Positions 38,301 to 46,700 of a DNA stretch of 64,000 nucleotides are shown piece by piece. The number at the start of each line of letters is the position of its first letter. The stretch's first letter is position 1. Made by a program: the position numbers and the translations under genes. Location: IMG/VR virus record IMGVR_UViG_3300024289_000019, positions 1 through 64,000 of that record; one strand, 5' to 3'. This DNA is from a virus. Under the pieces are notes generated by a model. That model searched no databases, was not told the origin of the DNA, and saw only the letters and a program-made list of their open reading frames with translations.

Positions 38301-39612
38301 AGGATCTGGTCCATACTATCACATATGGTATCAAACAACTTCATCAACAACTACAGTGCCATCTTTATCTGGTACTAAAAATAGTGTTGCAGATCAAACT
38401 TCTAGCTCTGCTTCTTCAACAGATAAAGTTTTGTCTCCATCAGCTGGATACGCATATTATTGGTGGGTGAGATCATCAACTACGTTAAATGGAACTGGTG
38501 ATGGAGTTGTAAGCGATTGGAATGGTCCAGTAACAATGTCCCCAATGAATACATCTGCCCCTACATTATCTGGAACAACAAAAGTTGGACAGACACTCAC
38601 ATTTGGTGTTGGCTCGTGGGTTAATGCTACGTATTACGATCTTGAATTATATAGAGGAACCGCAGGAGTTATTACGTCTGAAACACAGTCAAAAGATGCT
38701 GGAAATTCAACAAGCAGCACTTATGTTATTCCTTCTTCAGATTTTACAGATCCCAATAATAGAAAGTATTATAGATCGTTTGCTAAAGGATTTAATCCAT
38801 CATATACAAACACCTCATTTGTTGCTGGTACTGAACTTGGACCACTTGTAAACCTTACCTTGTATACAATTTCATTTGATAGCAAGGGTGGTTCTGCTGT
38901 ATCTGATTTAACTCAGTCTACAGAAGGTGGGTCAATTGCAAAGCCATCAGATCCAACATTGAGTGGTCAAAATTTTGGTGGCTGGTCTACAACCAATGGC
39001 GGTACCACAGCGGTATCTTGGCCAAGAACTCCATCCTCAAATGAAACACTATATGCTATTTGGACTTCAGCAGCATCATATTCTATTACATATAATGGAA
39101 ATGGAAACACTGGTGGAAGTACTACAGCAACAACTGGTAATGGTTCTGTTACTGTAAGAGCAAACGGGTTTACGAGAACAAATTGTACATTTTCAAGTTG
39201 GAATACTTCAGCGGATGGTAGTGGAACAACCTACTCACCTAATGATAGTTATAATTTAACAGCCAACGTTACCTTCTATGCTATCTGGACTGCTGTTACA
39301 AACTCAGCTACTGCACCTACTGGATTTAAATTTGATGGAAATAACCTTCCAACTTCGGGAAGAAAACGATGGTCTTGGACTGGTGTTGGAACAGTTACTG
39401 GTGGAACAGCAACTGGTATTAGGGTACAGATAAGTTCAACAAGTTCTACTTCTGGATTTTCCATAGCAACTGGCTCACCACTCGCTCTAACTGCAAGATC
39501 TTATGATATTGCAGTTAGCCCAGTTACCAGTGCCAGATGGTTAAGAATAGCAATGGAGTATACTGATGGTCTTGGAGTAACTAGGGTTGGAACATATACA
39601 AGTGCACTATAA
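35302..39612 (+). CDS. large receptor-binding/tail-associated protein with Ig/FN3-like domains and three InlB B-type (Listeria-Bacteroides) repeats
   Basis: 1436 aa, S/T/Y-rich; VTYNYNGG..P..R.GYTFNGWY..YAQW-type repeats at about 38010, 38860 and 39080. Confidence 0.7.
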   Translation: MGMYRKTDPDTASGAASNYTDSGKNWRKHSNFFRKTNDNETASLTAVPGRYTDNTRTWRRINSLWMYNFWYDSLSWGWKRIHYKNANVPYATTAPTLRYNSYNGKIIDTYETDAVAWWASDPYQPQWAQMGPGPAGIGQDVWYLDSNGNQVGSSTPTFLWGKDGVWFNSSTATTDGTIVYNSEFATPELAAYSYDDEGNYNGDKLRNSQAVLEAYDRYYIWYKVSKSRTVGGNTLTGQAFSQAVYITRQEPVVTSFVMQSPETVAVGTAKTVTFNIRNEWWRKASQTQSYIEWHELDTPTQTPTYSTLKKSDLLYLTTITTENSTSLQGSYSYTPVGVGKYVLAKLVVKNSYTDKPPVTDIVRTQITSVATAATSGPFTISGVTKNYPSYDSTYGYQRSVSVNIGQSANATKYEVQIEGQYPFDGSGYGGGSYSTWTVLQSYASAPYVNESSRSGGILTYSKNVADYQFYRVTVRASVDGNSATYAYSNNGTSSTPSYVYAEGFGPSTPYISNITTSSNTIGTYINFDVSLSSEGSNRLSYWQYSMDGGYSWNTPSGYDYIAFNGARFYVSSGTYYSFMIRANNMDGFTSSSSNQLSITSFQKPGDPTNVVFHTYNNYEGTIYFTTGSNTQSVQYYLDYESGLQYESKDTYINIGSNDYGSMTISGMSSLSRSYTPYLLAYSGTNKTGGQGNSLSYSPRSLNGTNKPTATFSGTPTVSNQRTVTASWTGGGAANEYYVQLYDYYGGYVVASTTTTSTSASFGPSDGTDYAKTYYFFITPRYRYAGSIYTDGQPAASSNVTTYANLTAPTITDVQTSDGNNWTITVSGGGPYYQVYWLSSTPGPSNTLTNYDAASTSTTISETYSTTGSVYWWARSSTENRGNTTTSGNATIGTFSDWSSYYLAHQVTYNYNGGSGSTSRATVKDSTYTQLPTPNNRSGYTFNGWYTASSGGTYLGGSGSYVYITSTQTIYAQWTLNLSSPTISSVTFNSSNNTWTVNYSGGSGPYYHIWYQTTSSTTTVPSLSGTKNSVADQTSSSASSTDKVLSPSAGYAYYWWVRSSTTLNGTGDGVVSDWNGPVTMSPMNTSAPTLSGTTKVGQTLTFGVGSWVNATYYDLELYRGTAGVITSETQSKDAGNSTSSTYVIPSSDFTDPNNRKYYRSFAKGFNPSYTNTSFVAGTELGPLVNLTLYTISFDSKGGSAVSDLTQSTEGGSIAKPSDPTLSGQNFGGWSTTNGGTTAVSWPRTPSSNETLYAIWTSAASYSITYNGNGNTGGSTTATTGNGSVTVRANGFTRTNCTFSSWNTSADGSGTTYSPNDSYNLTANVTFYAIWTAVTNSATAPTGFKFDGNNLPTSGRKRWSWTGVGTVTGGTATGIRVQISSTSSTSGFSIATGSPLALTARSYDIAVSPVTSARWLRIAMEYTDGLGVTRVGTYTSAL

Positions 39613-39621
39613 GGAGAAAAT

Positions 39622-39834
39622 ATGATAACAAAAGATGATAAAATACAAATTGTGAATAATAAAATAAGCATACTTGAGGGTGTGATTTATAATTTAGACA
39701 TTGAGATGGCTGCAGAATCAGCCAAATCTAATCCAAATAATGAACATATTGAAAATCTTTTATCTGAAAAAAACGACAATTTACTAGCGTTAAACGCTAT
39801 TAATGAGATCCTAGACATTCTAGTTTTAGAATGA
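39622..39834 (+). CDS. small coiled-coil protein (paralog of the next gene)
   Basis: TKDDKIQIVNNKISILE..IYNLDIE. Confidence 0.6.
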   Translation: MITKDDKIQIVNNKISILEGVIYNLDIEMAAESAKSNPNNEHIENLLSEKNDNLLALNAINEILDILVLE

Positions 39835-39856
39835 TATAATATGAAAGGAGGAAACA

Positions 39857-40087
39857 ATGACAGAAACAACAGAAACACTGCTTACCACTGAGGATAAGCA
39901 TGCTATTTTAAATCAACATATTAAAAGCCTAGAATATAATATATATGGTCTTGAGCTTGACCTTATGGTTGAGAATGCTGGAACACCAGATCCAGATAGA
40001 GTTACATCTATTAATGCACAGATATCAACTGCTAATGCAAAAAGAGATGTACTGGTTGCAGAACGAGCAGAAGTATTAGGATTGTAG
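39857..40087 (+). CDS. small coiled-coil protein
   Basis: TTEDKHAILNQHIKSLE.NIYGLELD; AGGAGG RBS; promoter TAGACA-17-TATAAT at 39812-39840. Confidence 0.65.
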   Translation: MTETTETLLTTEDKHAILNQHIKSLEYNIYGLELDLMVENAGTPDPDRVTSINAQISTANAKRDVLVAERAEVLGL

Positions 40088-40093
40088 GATACA

Positions 40094-40282
40094 ATGGCTG
40101 AAAAAGCAGAATTAATAATTACAGCACTGCAACAAAGAATGGGTGAAATAGTAGCAAACTATGAAACTCAAATTGCAGTATTGAGAGCAGAAATAACTAT
40201 TCTTATGGAGCAGTCAAAGAAGCAGGATGCCCTTGCGGAATATGCAAATTCATTAGAAGAAAAAATTAGTGGGGTAGAGTAA
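40094..40282 (+). CDS. small coiled-coil protein
   Basis: 62-aa ORF in operon. Confidence 0.6.
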   Translation: MAEKAELIITALQQRMGEIVANYETQIAVLRAEITILMEQSKKQDALAEYANSLEEKISGVE

Positions 40283-40283
40283 A

Positions 40284-40718
40284 ATGGCAGATACAAGTTT
40301 TAATTTTGAAGATGGGGCACCAATTTCTGCTTCAGAGTTAAGAAAACTTGTCGAGTATATTAACAAGGTAAATGCACAGGCCATATCCTTGCCAAGTCAG
40401 TTTGGTACTTTAGCTGATAAAGCTATTGCACAAAAAATGACTGCTGGATCTGTTTCTGTTCCAAGCCTAAGTTTAACGGCAGCAAAAGAAGTGCCAATTG
40501 TATTTACCCCACCACTTACTTCGGTTCCAGCAGGAGTCCAATTAACTGTAGAGACAAGTTCTGTTGACTCAGAAATAATTGTTTTTTTGAAAGCAAATAC
40601 TGCAACTTCTACAGGATGCACTGCAGTTTTAACCAGAGCCGCTAACGCTATTGGAAAATCTATAACAAGCCCAGGTTCTGTAAAAATACATTATTTTGCC
40701 ATAGCAAAATCTTCTTGA
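40284..40718 (+). CDS. putative tail-tip/fibre-associated protein
   Basis: FEDGAPISASEL N-terminus; IVFTPPLTSVP and IHYFAI lectin-like C-terminus. Confidence 0.5.
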   Translation: MADTSFNFEDGAPISASELRKLVEYINKVNAQAISLPSQFGTLADKAIAQKMTAGSVSVPSLSLTAAKEVPIVFTPPLTSVPAGVQLTVETSSVDSEIIVFLKANTATSTGCTAVLTRAANAIGKSITSPGSVKIHYFAIAKSS

Positions 40719-40771
40719 CAAAATATAAAGTAATAGTAAAATTATACAACCAAAGTCACTGACGTGACTTT
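40715..40771 (+). promoter_or_regulatory. promoter for the replication region with a downstream palindrome
   Basis: TTGACA-16-TAAAAT; AAAGTCAC-TGAC-GTGACTTT followed by T tract (operator or terminator). Confidence 0.55.
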
Positions 40772-40789
40772 TTTCATGTTAGGATTTAA

Positions 40790-41590
40790 ATGACAAATGA
40801 TTTAAAATGGATGCTGTCGTCAGACCAGCAGTTCCCTTATCAAGATGATAAGATGATTGAATTATGGTTTAAGGTTTTAAAATGGTTTAAGCCAGATGTA
40901 GTAGACTATTTAGGTGACACAGACGATCAGGCATGCTATAGCAAATATACTGAAGGTCGTTCAGCAGAGTTTTTAAATCTTCACAAAACAGACAGCGCTG
41001 ACCTTATTGTTCCTATGATGAGACACGAAGCTAAAGGTGCAAGAGATTTTTATGCTAAGACTCGTGAGATGCTTCCAGACGCACAATTATTTTCTGCATT
41101 AGGAAACCATGACATACGTATCTTTGATTATATAGATAAAAAACTTCCAGAGTATGCAGCACAAGTAACACCAGAAGCGCTATGGTCTTTGGATTCATTA
41201 GGGTATGAATATATTTATTATAACGAACTCCCTAAGCGCCGTTTTGGCGATATACATGTTCATCATGGAATTTCTATTGCCGCAACTGGGTCAGTTCGCA
41301 AGGATATGGAAGATCTTCAAGTTTCATTAATACGTGGTCATTCACATAGAATTGCATCACATTTAGTTACATATGAATTAAGAAACAATGGAGAAGGAGA
41401 AACTCTTCGTGGTTATGAAATTGGACATATGTGTGATGAAAAGGGTCCAGGCATGAAGTATACCCAACATCACGATTGGCAAAAAGGATTTGCAATTGCA
41501 CATATTGTCAACGATTATCCTCATATTCAAATGATTCACGTAGCACCAGATTATTCATGTGTTGTAGATGGGAAAGTATTTAAACTATGA
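40790..41590 (+). CDS. calcineurin-like metallophosphoesterase
   Basis: SDQQ, LGD, GNHD, HHG, GHSHR motifs. Confidence 0.85.
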   Translation: MTNDLKWMLSSDQQFPYQDDKMIELWFKVLKWFKPDVVDYLGDTDDQACYSKYTEGRSAEFLNLHKTDSADLIVPMMRHEAKGARDFYAKTREMLPDAQLFSALGNHDIRIFDYIDKKLPEYAAQVTPEALWSLDSLGYEYIYYNELPKRRFGDIHVHHGISIAATGSVRKDMEDLQVSLIRGHSHRIASHLVTYELRNNGEGETLRGYEIGHMCDEKGPGMKYTQHHDWQKGFAIAHIVNDYPHIQMIHVAPDYSCVVDGKVFKL

Positions 41591-41775
41591 TGCATTGTAG
41601 AAGATGTGGCGGACGAGTTTTTATAGATAGAGTCTTTTCACAAAAACTACATATTGAATTGTATTGTCTGCTTTGTGGAAGACGTTGGATGATTAATAAA
41701 GAAATGAGTATATTTGGAAGATGGCTAGACGAAAAAGAGCTAGAACAAAGAAAAACTTTCGGTATTTCTTCTTAA
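41587..41775 (+). CDS. zinc-ribbon protein
   Basis: CRRCGG...CLLCG. Confidence 0.65.
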   Translation: MMHCRRCGGRVFIDRVFSQKLHIELYCLLCGRRWMINKEMSIFGRWLDEKELEQRKTFGISS

Positions 41776-42209
41776 ATGAAAAATTACATAAAGTTTTAAA
41801 ATCTTCTAGAGTAAAAGATCAGATCATTGCCTGGTCTTATTTAGATAAAAAAAGAGTTTTATACTCATATGCTGAAGTAATCAAATATATGGAAAGAGCG
41901 TATTCTCTTAAAGAAGTGTGCTTTATTTTAGATAAACATGTTGTAACTGTAAAAGACTATATTGGTGAAGGCAAAATTAGACAGCCACAAAAAATATATC
42001 CTATAGGAAATTCTGAAAGCACAAAATGGTCTCAATATATGTTTAATCAAAAAGACATATTAGAGTTACATGATTACATATTGAGCAGCGGTAGAAATAC
42101 TGAGAACCTGCCAACAAAAACTGAATTACTGGCCTTGCTAAATCATAATGTCATATTGTATACTAAGACATCCGAAGGCACCTTTGTCCCAGTATGGAAA
42201 GCAGAATGA
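41721..42209 (+). CDS. putative DNA-binding (HTH) protein
   Basis: AYSLKEVCFILDKHVVTVKDYI, MerR/excisionase-like HTH. Confidence 0.55.
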   Translation: MARRKRARTKKNFRYFFLNEKLHKVLKSSRVKDQIIAWSYLDKKRVLYSYAEVIKYMERAYSLKEVCFILDKHVVTVKDYIGEGKIRQPQKIYPIGNSESTKWSQYMFNQKDILELHDYILSSGRNTENLPTKTELLALLNHNVILYTKTSEGTFVPVWKAE

Positions 42210-42499
42210 GAAAAAAACAAGAAGAAGAATTTGAAAAGCTTGACAGTTCTACGGCTTTTACTAGAATTGCAGGCAACCTAGATCTTGCATCTATGCATGC
42301 AAATAAAAAGAAAGATGTGCAAGGGCTAATCACAGTCGCAGTTGCTTGGATGCAATTTTCTGATTTTATTGCTAATGGAGAGATGCCAAAAAAGAAATTT
42401 ACAATAGGATTTGGACCAGAAGAGGAGGAGCAAGATGAAAGACCAATCAACCGTCGTAAAGGTAGATCTTCAATTCACAAGAAATCTAGGGAACTATGA
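42206..42499 (+). CDS. hypothetical protein
   Basis: ATGA-coupled ORF. Confidence 0.5.
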   Translation: MRKKQEEEFEKLDSSTAFTRIAGNLDLASMHANKKKDVQGLITVAVAWMQFSDFIANGEMPKKKFTIGFGPEEEEQDERPINRRKGRSSIHKKSREL

Positions 42500-42659
42500 A
42501 AGTATTAAGATTGGTATAGGCGTAGAAGATATTGTTCGTGACGGCGAAAATGTTGATTCTGCCACAAATAGAGTTTATAAATTTGTTGAAGATAAATTAA
42601 TTCAAAAAGCTTCCGAGATAGAAGAGGAATTGAAAGTTGGCAAGCAAGGAAAACAGTAA
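42435..42659 (+). CDS. hypothetical phage protein
   Basis: TRNLGNYESIKI motif; GAGGAG RBS. Confidence 0.65.
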   Translation: MKDQSTVVKVDLQFTRNLGNYESIKIGIGVEDIVRDGENVDSATNRVYKFVEDKLIQKASEIEEELKVGKQGKQ

Positions 42660-43014
42660 ACAGGCTCACGCTCTGCTTACACATTATATTTATTTGTTTA
42701 AGGATAAATATAATCGTGACCCAATTTTAAATAGGTATAGAGAAAAATGGGGTATGCAAGACGTTATAGATACTGTTGGATATGAACGTGCCAAAGATTT
42801 GATAGAATATTATTTTACTTTTAATAGATATAATCATCCCTTACAATGGTTTTTTTATAATTTTGATAAATTAGATAAGCTTTGGAAAGATATAGAGGAT
42901 GACAAAGTGCATAGAGATATGCTAAGATTAAAGACCAAAGAAATGGTGGAAGAGAGAGAAAGGCGGTTAGATGAACACGGAAGCAACGCTGATATCAGCA
43001 GTATGCAAAAATAA
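42637..43014 (+). CDS. hypothetical protein (possible helicase loader)
   Basis: 125 aa, directly upstream of and overlapping dnaB. Confidence 0.55.
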   Translation: MASKENSKQAHALLTHYIYLFKDKYNRDPILNRYREKWGMQDVIDTVGYERAKDLIEYYFTFNRYNHPLQWFFYNFDKLDKLWKDIEDDKVHRDMLRLKTKEMVEERERRLDEHGSNADISSMQK

Positions 43015-44197
43015 AGATATAGCCACTTTACTTGCCGATAATGTTGACGATTTATTTACCTCCCATAAAGATGTTTGGGAAGGCTTAAAGTCTTATTATT
43101 ATAAATTTAAAGCAGTTCCAGATATCGGAATCCTTACGGATAGGTTCAGAGACTTTGACCCATCAGAGGTTAAAGGTGAAACTGGATATTATTTAGACCA
43201 ACTTAAAGCAGAATATCTTTCTAGCAAATTAAAGGGCATTATATTACGTGGAGGGTCTGCGTTAAAAGAAGATGCTCCTTCTAGAATTATTGCTAATATG
43301 CAAGCGGAGCTTGCAAGCCTTTCTAAATTTACTAGCAACGTAAGAGATTTAGATGTTACCGATTTTGAATCTGCAGAAAAATATTTTGAGCAAGTCAGAA
43401 AACGTTCTGGCATTATGGGTGGAAGTCCAGGAATTCCTACTGGCTTTAAAGCAATTGATACAGCATATGCAACTGGAATGGCTCCAGGACATTTAATTGT
43501 TGCTATTGGTTGGCCAGGTAGAGGAAAGACTTGGTTTACTTCCTACCTTGCATGCAAAGCATGGGAACAAGGTTTTAAACCCATGATTATATCTCTTGAA
43601 ATGTCTCCAGAAGATATGCGTAATCGTATTTACACAATGATGGGATCTGGATTGTTTAAGGCAAGTGATTTTTCTAGAGGCGATGTAAATGTTGATGACT
43701 TCAGGTCCTGGAGTAAAAAGAATTTTGAAAACAAGAATGGTTTCATACTTGTTTCAAATGAAGGAATGGGTTCGGTAAATGCAAATACTGTTCAAGCTAA
43801 AATTGACCAGCATAAACCAGATATTGTAATCCTTGATTACCACCAGTTGTTTGCTGATACAAAAGGAAGCACTGGGGCTACTGAGAGAAATATGAACGTT
43901 TCTCGTGAATTTAAAATGTTGGCAATGAACAATAATATTCCTATTATTGACATTACCGCTGCAACTATGGATGATGTATCAGATCAAGACAATCCGCCTA
44001 TGCTGTCACAAGTGGCATGGTCAAAAGCTATTGAGTATGATGCTGATATGGCAATAGCCATTCATAAATATAATGACACAAACATGATTGAAATTGTGTC
44101 CAGAAAGAACCGCCACGGCAGCGACTTTGGCTTCTATTTGGACTGGGATATTAATAGGGGTATAATTAAGGAGATATATGAAAATATACCTAAATGA
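42971..44197 (+). CDS. dnaB: replicative DNA helicase
   Basis: GWPGRGKT Walker A, SLEMS, ILDY, IEYDAD, KNRHG. Confidence 0.92.
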   Translation: MNTEATLISAVCKNKDIATLLADNVDDLFTSHKDVWEGLKSYYYKFKAVPDIGILTDRFRDFDPSEVKGETGYYLDQLKAEYLSSKLKGIILRGGSALKEDAPSRIIANMQAELASLSKFTSNVRDLDVTDFESAEKYFEQVRKRSGIMGGSPGIPTGFKAIDTAYATGMAPGHLIVAIGWPGRGKTWFTSYLACKAWEQGFKPMIISLEMSPEDMRNRIYTMMGSGLFKASDFSRGDVNVDDFRSWSKKNFENKNGFILVSNEGMGSVNANTVQAKIDQHKPDIVILDYHQLFADTKGSTGATERNMNVSREFKMLAMNNNIPIIDITAATMDDVSDQDNPPMLSQVAWSKAIEYDADMAIAIHKYNDTNMIEIVSRKNRHGSDFGFYLDWDINRGIIKEIYENIPK

Positions 44198-44496
44198 CCC
44201 ATCAACGTATACAACGATTTCAGGTCAGAGCAGAATTCAATAGTGATGCAGATATCATCCGAGTTCGTGCTCAGTACGAGTCACTTCTAATACAGGAAAT
44301 GAGAGACAAAGGATTTGTAAGAGTCCTAGATATTGATCCATCATTTTCAACATCATATGAAAACAACATATGGTCTTTTATATTAACAATGCATAGCGTA
44401 TACGTAGGAAAGAAGAAAGCATGGGAATCAGAGGGAATCTCGCAAGGAAAGTTGATTCCACGAGATACACGTCGTCACACATTAAATCAATTCTAA
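44194..44496 (+). CDS. hypothetical protein
   Basis: 100-aa ORF between helicase and primase. Confidence 0.6.
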   Translation: MTHQRIQRFQVRAEFNSDADIIRVRAQYESLLIQEMRDKGFVRVLDIDPSFSTSYENNIWSFILTMHSVYVGKKKAWESEGISQGKLIPRDTRRHTLNQF

Positions 44497-45413
44497 AGTC
44501 ATTAAATGTTTCTGTAGTTGGAGAGACTGGCAATGACTTCCTGTGCTATTGTCCATTCCATTCCAATAGACATAGTGCCAGCTTTAGCGTTTCTAAAGAA
44601 ATAGGTGCTTGGCTATGTTTTAATCCTGCTTGTGGCGAGAGCGGAACATTAATTGATTTAGTTAAAAAAATAACTAAAAGAAATGATTTTGAGGCTTTAA
44701 GATTTGTATCTCTTAAAGAAGCAGAAGTTCTTTCAAATTTTGATGAACTTTTAGAAAGTGCCGTGGAGGAAAAAGAAGATTTTATTGAGTTTGATTCAAG
44801 CACACTTGACAAACTATCTTTAGAAATGAAAGAATATTCTGAAGGAAAAGAGTATATGTATACTCGTGGATTTAAAGATGAGACATTGGAGTACTTTAAT
44901 GTTGGATATTCTAAAAACCGTAATATGGTTACAGTTCCTGTTCATAGCCCAGACGGCATTTGTGTTGGCGTTGTTGGGCGCAGTGTTACACAAAAAGAAT
45001 TTAAAAACTCACCAGGGCTACCTCGCAATTCTACTCTTTTTAACATTCACCGTGCTAAGCGTGTGGGGGCAAATTGTATTATTGTTGAATCTTCGTTCGA
45101 TGCAATGAGAGTGCATCAGGCTGGATTTCCAAATGTTGTTGCTACTTTAGGCGGACATATATCTTCAAATAATTTATCTTTATTGAATAGATATTTCAAT
45201 AGACTTATAATTATGACAGATAATGATGAGGCTGGCAGATCTTTGGGAAATAATATTTTTAATAAATTAAGAAACAAAGACATCTTGTGGGCATCCTATG
45301 AATATGGTAAGATATACCCACATAACGCAAAAGATGCTGGTGATATGACTGACGAAGAGATAAAGCTTTGTATAAATAACTCTGCATCACATATTGAATA
45401 TATCAACTGGTAG
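44421..45413 (+). CDS. dnaG: DNA primase (CHC2 zinc finger + TOPRIM)
   Basis: CPFH...CFNPAC, VESSFD, DNDEAG, KDAGD; true start may lie slightly downstream. Confidence 0.9.
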   Translation: MGIRGNLARKVDSTRYTSSHIKSILKSLNVSVVGETGNDFLCYCPFHSNRHSASFSVSKEIGAWLCFNPACGESGTLIDLVKKITKRNDFEALRFVSLKEAEVLSNFDELLESAVEEKEDFIEFDSSTLDKLSLEMKEYSEGKEYMYTRGFKDETLEYFNVGYSKNRNMVTVPVHSPDGICVGVVGRSVTQKEFKNSPGLPRNSTLFNIHRAKRVGANCIIVESSFDAMRVHQAGFPNVVATLGGHISSNNLSLLNRYFNRLIIMTDNDEAGRSLGNNIFNKLRNKDILWASYEYGKIYPHNAKDAGDMTDEEIKLCINNSASHIEYINW

Positions 45414-45470
45414 TGATATAATAATAATACAGATGGATATATACCATCACCTATATAGCAAAGGAATAAA

Positions 45471-46145
45471 ATGGGAATAGTAAAAGGTCTAAAAGACCTA
45501 AATAAAACATTAGACAAGCCGCAATCTTCTGGCGGAGACTCAGCAAAAGGTCGCTGGCTCAAACTTGAAGATGGAGAAAGCATCAAAGTAAGATTTCTTC
45601 AAGAGTTGGATCCAGATTCTCCAACGTACAACGATAAGCTTGGACTGGGCTTTATTGCAGTCGAACACACAAATCCAAAAGATTATCGCCGTAAAGCGCT
45701 ATGCTCTATTGACGACCAAGGAAAGTGTTGGGGTTGTGAGCAACACCGCAAAGATTATAAGGCTGGCTGGAAAGGTCGTTCACGACTTTACATCAATGTT
45801 CTTGTTGATGATGGCAAAGAAGAGCCATATGTAGCAATCCTTTCTCAGGGCAGTAGTGGGAAAACAATTACTCCAACTCTTATTGAGTATGCTGGAGAAA
45901 TGGGATCCATTACAAATCTCATGTGGAGAATTAAGCGCTCTGGCACAAAAACAGACACCAGTTATACAATCATTCCTCTTGCTAAAGACGAGGTAGAATT
46001 TGATGCGTCAAAGCTTGAGATTTTTGAATTGGAAAAGACAGCAATTCGTGATCTTCCATATTCAGAACAAGAAACATTTTATCTATTCGGAGATAATGAA
46101 AAGAGCGAAGGCTCAGAAAATACCACCAGTAATTTAGAGTGGTAA
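45471..46145 (+). CDS. single-stranded DNA-binding protein (gp32-like)
   Basis: WLKLEDGESIKVRF, His/Cys Zn site, IKRSG...TSY, acidic tail; promoter TTGAAT-17-TATAAT at 45394-45422. Confidence 0.7.
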   Translation: MGIVKGLKDLNKTLDKPQSSGGDSAKGRWLKLEDGESIKVRFLQELDPDSPTYNDKLGLGFIAVEHTNPKDYRRKALCSIDDQGKCWGCEQHRKDYKAGWKGRSRLYINVLVDDGKEEPYVAILSQGSSGKTITPTLIEYAGEMGSITNLMWRIKRSGTKTDTSYTIIPLAKDEVEFDASKLEIFELEKTAIRDLPYSEQETFYLFGDNEKSEGSENTTSNLEW

Positions 46146-46148
46146 CTA

Positions 46149-46196
46149 TTGACAGTTCATGGGGGAAAGTGTTAAGCTTTCCCCCTATAACTTTTT
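46149..46196 (+). promoter_or_regulatory. overlapping terminator hairpin and promoter
   Basis: TTGACA-18-TAAGCT interleaved with GGGGGAAAG-TGTTAAG-CTTTCCCCC and a T tract. Confidence 0.55.
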
Positions 46197-46205
46197 AGGA
46201 GTAAT

Positions 46206-46700
46206 ATGCAAACTTTTTTACCTTATCCGTCTAAGCGTGAAAGCTTAGATGCTTTAGACAATAAACGACTTAATAAACAAATCTTAGAGTGCTATCAGAT
46301 ACTTAATATATTAACTGGCAACTCAAAATCAAATGCTTGGCGTCATCACCCTGCCGTTTTAATGTGGGAAGGCGCTGAATCAGAATTGTATCGCTATGCT
46401 ATGACTGCTGTTGTTTTAGCCGATATGCGTGGTATCAAAACAGATAAAAATAAGGAAAACCTAGAACGTCTATCTCGTTCTCGTGCTTCTTTAATATGGG
46501 AAGATAATACTCCTTTATGGGCTATTAATCCAACTACAATTAAACGTGTAAATGCTACACACAAGGCCAACCTATATCGTAAAGATCCTATATTCTATGT
46601 AGATTTTGCAGATTCAGTTGATAGCGAATACAACAAGCCTTGTTGCGATAAATGCTTGTACTATTGGCCAACACATGTTTTGAGGTCAATTGCAGCATGA
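46206..46700 (+). CDS. pyrimidine-dimer DNA glycosylase / DenV-like (MSMEG_6728-type)
   Basis: MQTFLPY...LDNKRLNKQILE..QI...HHPAVLMW.G...H..NL.RKDP. Confidence 0.8.
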   Translation: MQTFLPYPSKRESLDALDNKRLNKQILECYQILNILTGNSKSNAWRHHPAVLMWEGAESELYRYAMTAVVLADMRGIKTDKNKENLERLSRSRASLIWEDNTPLWAINPTTIKRVNATHKANLYRKDPIFYVDFADSVDSEYNKPCCDKCLYYWPTHVLRSIAA

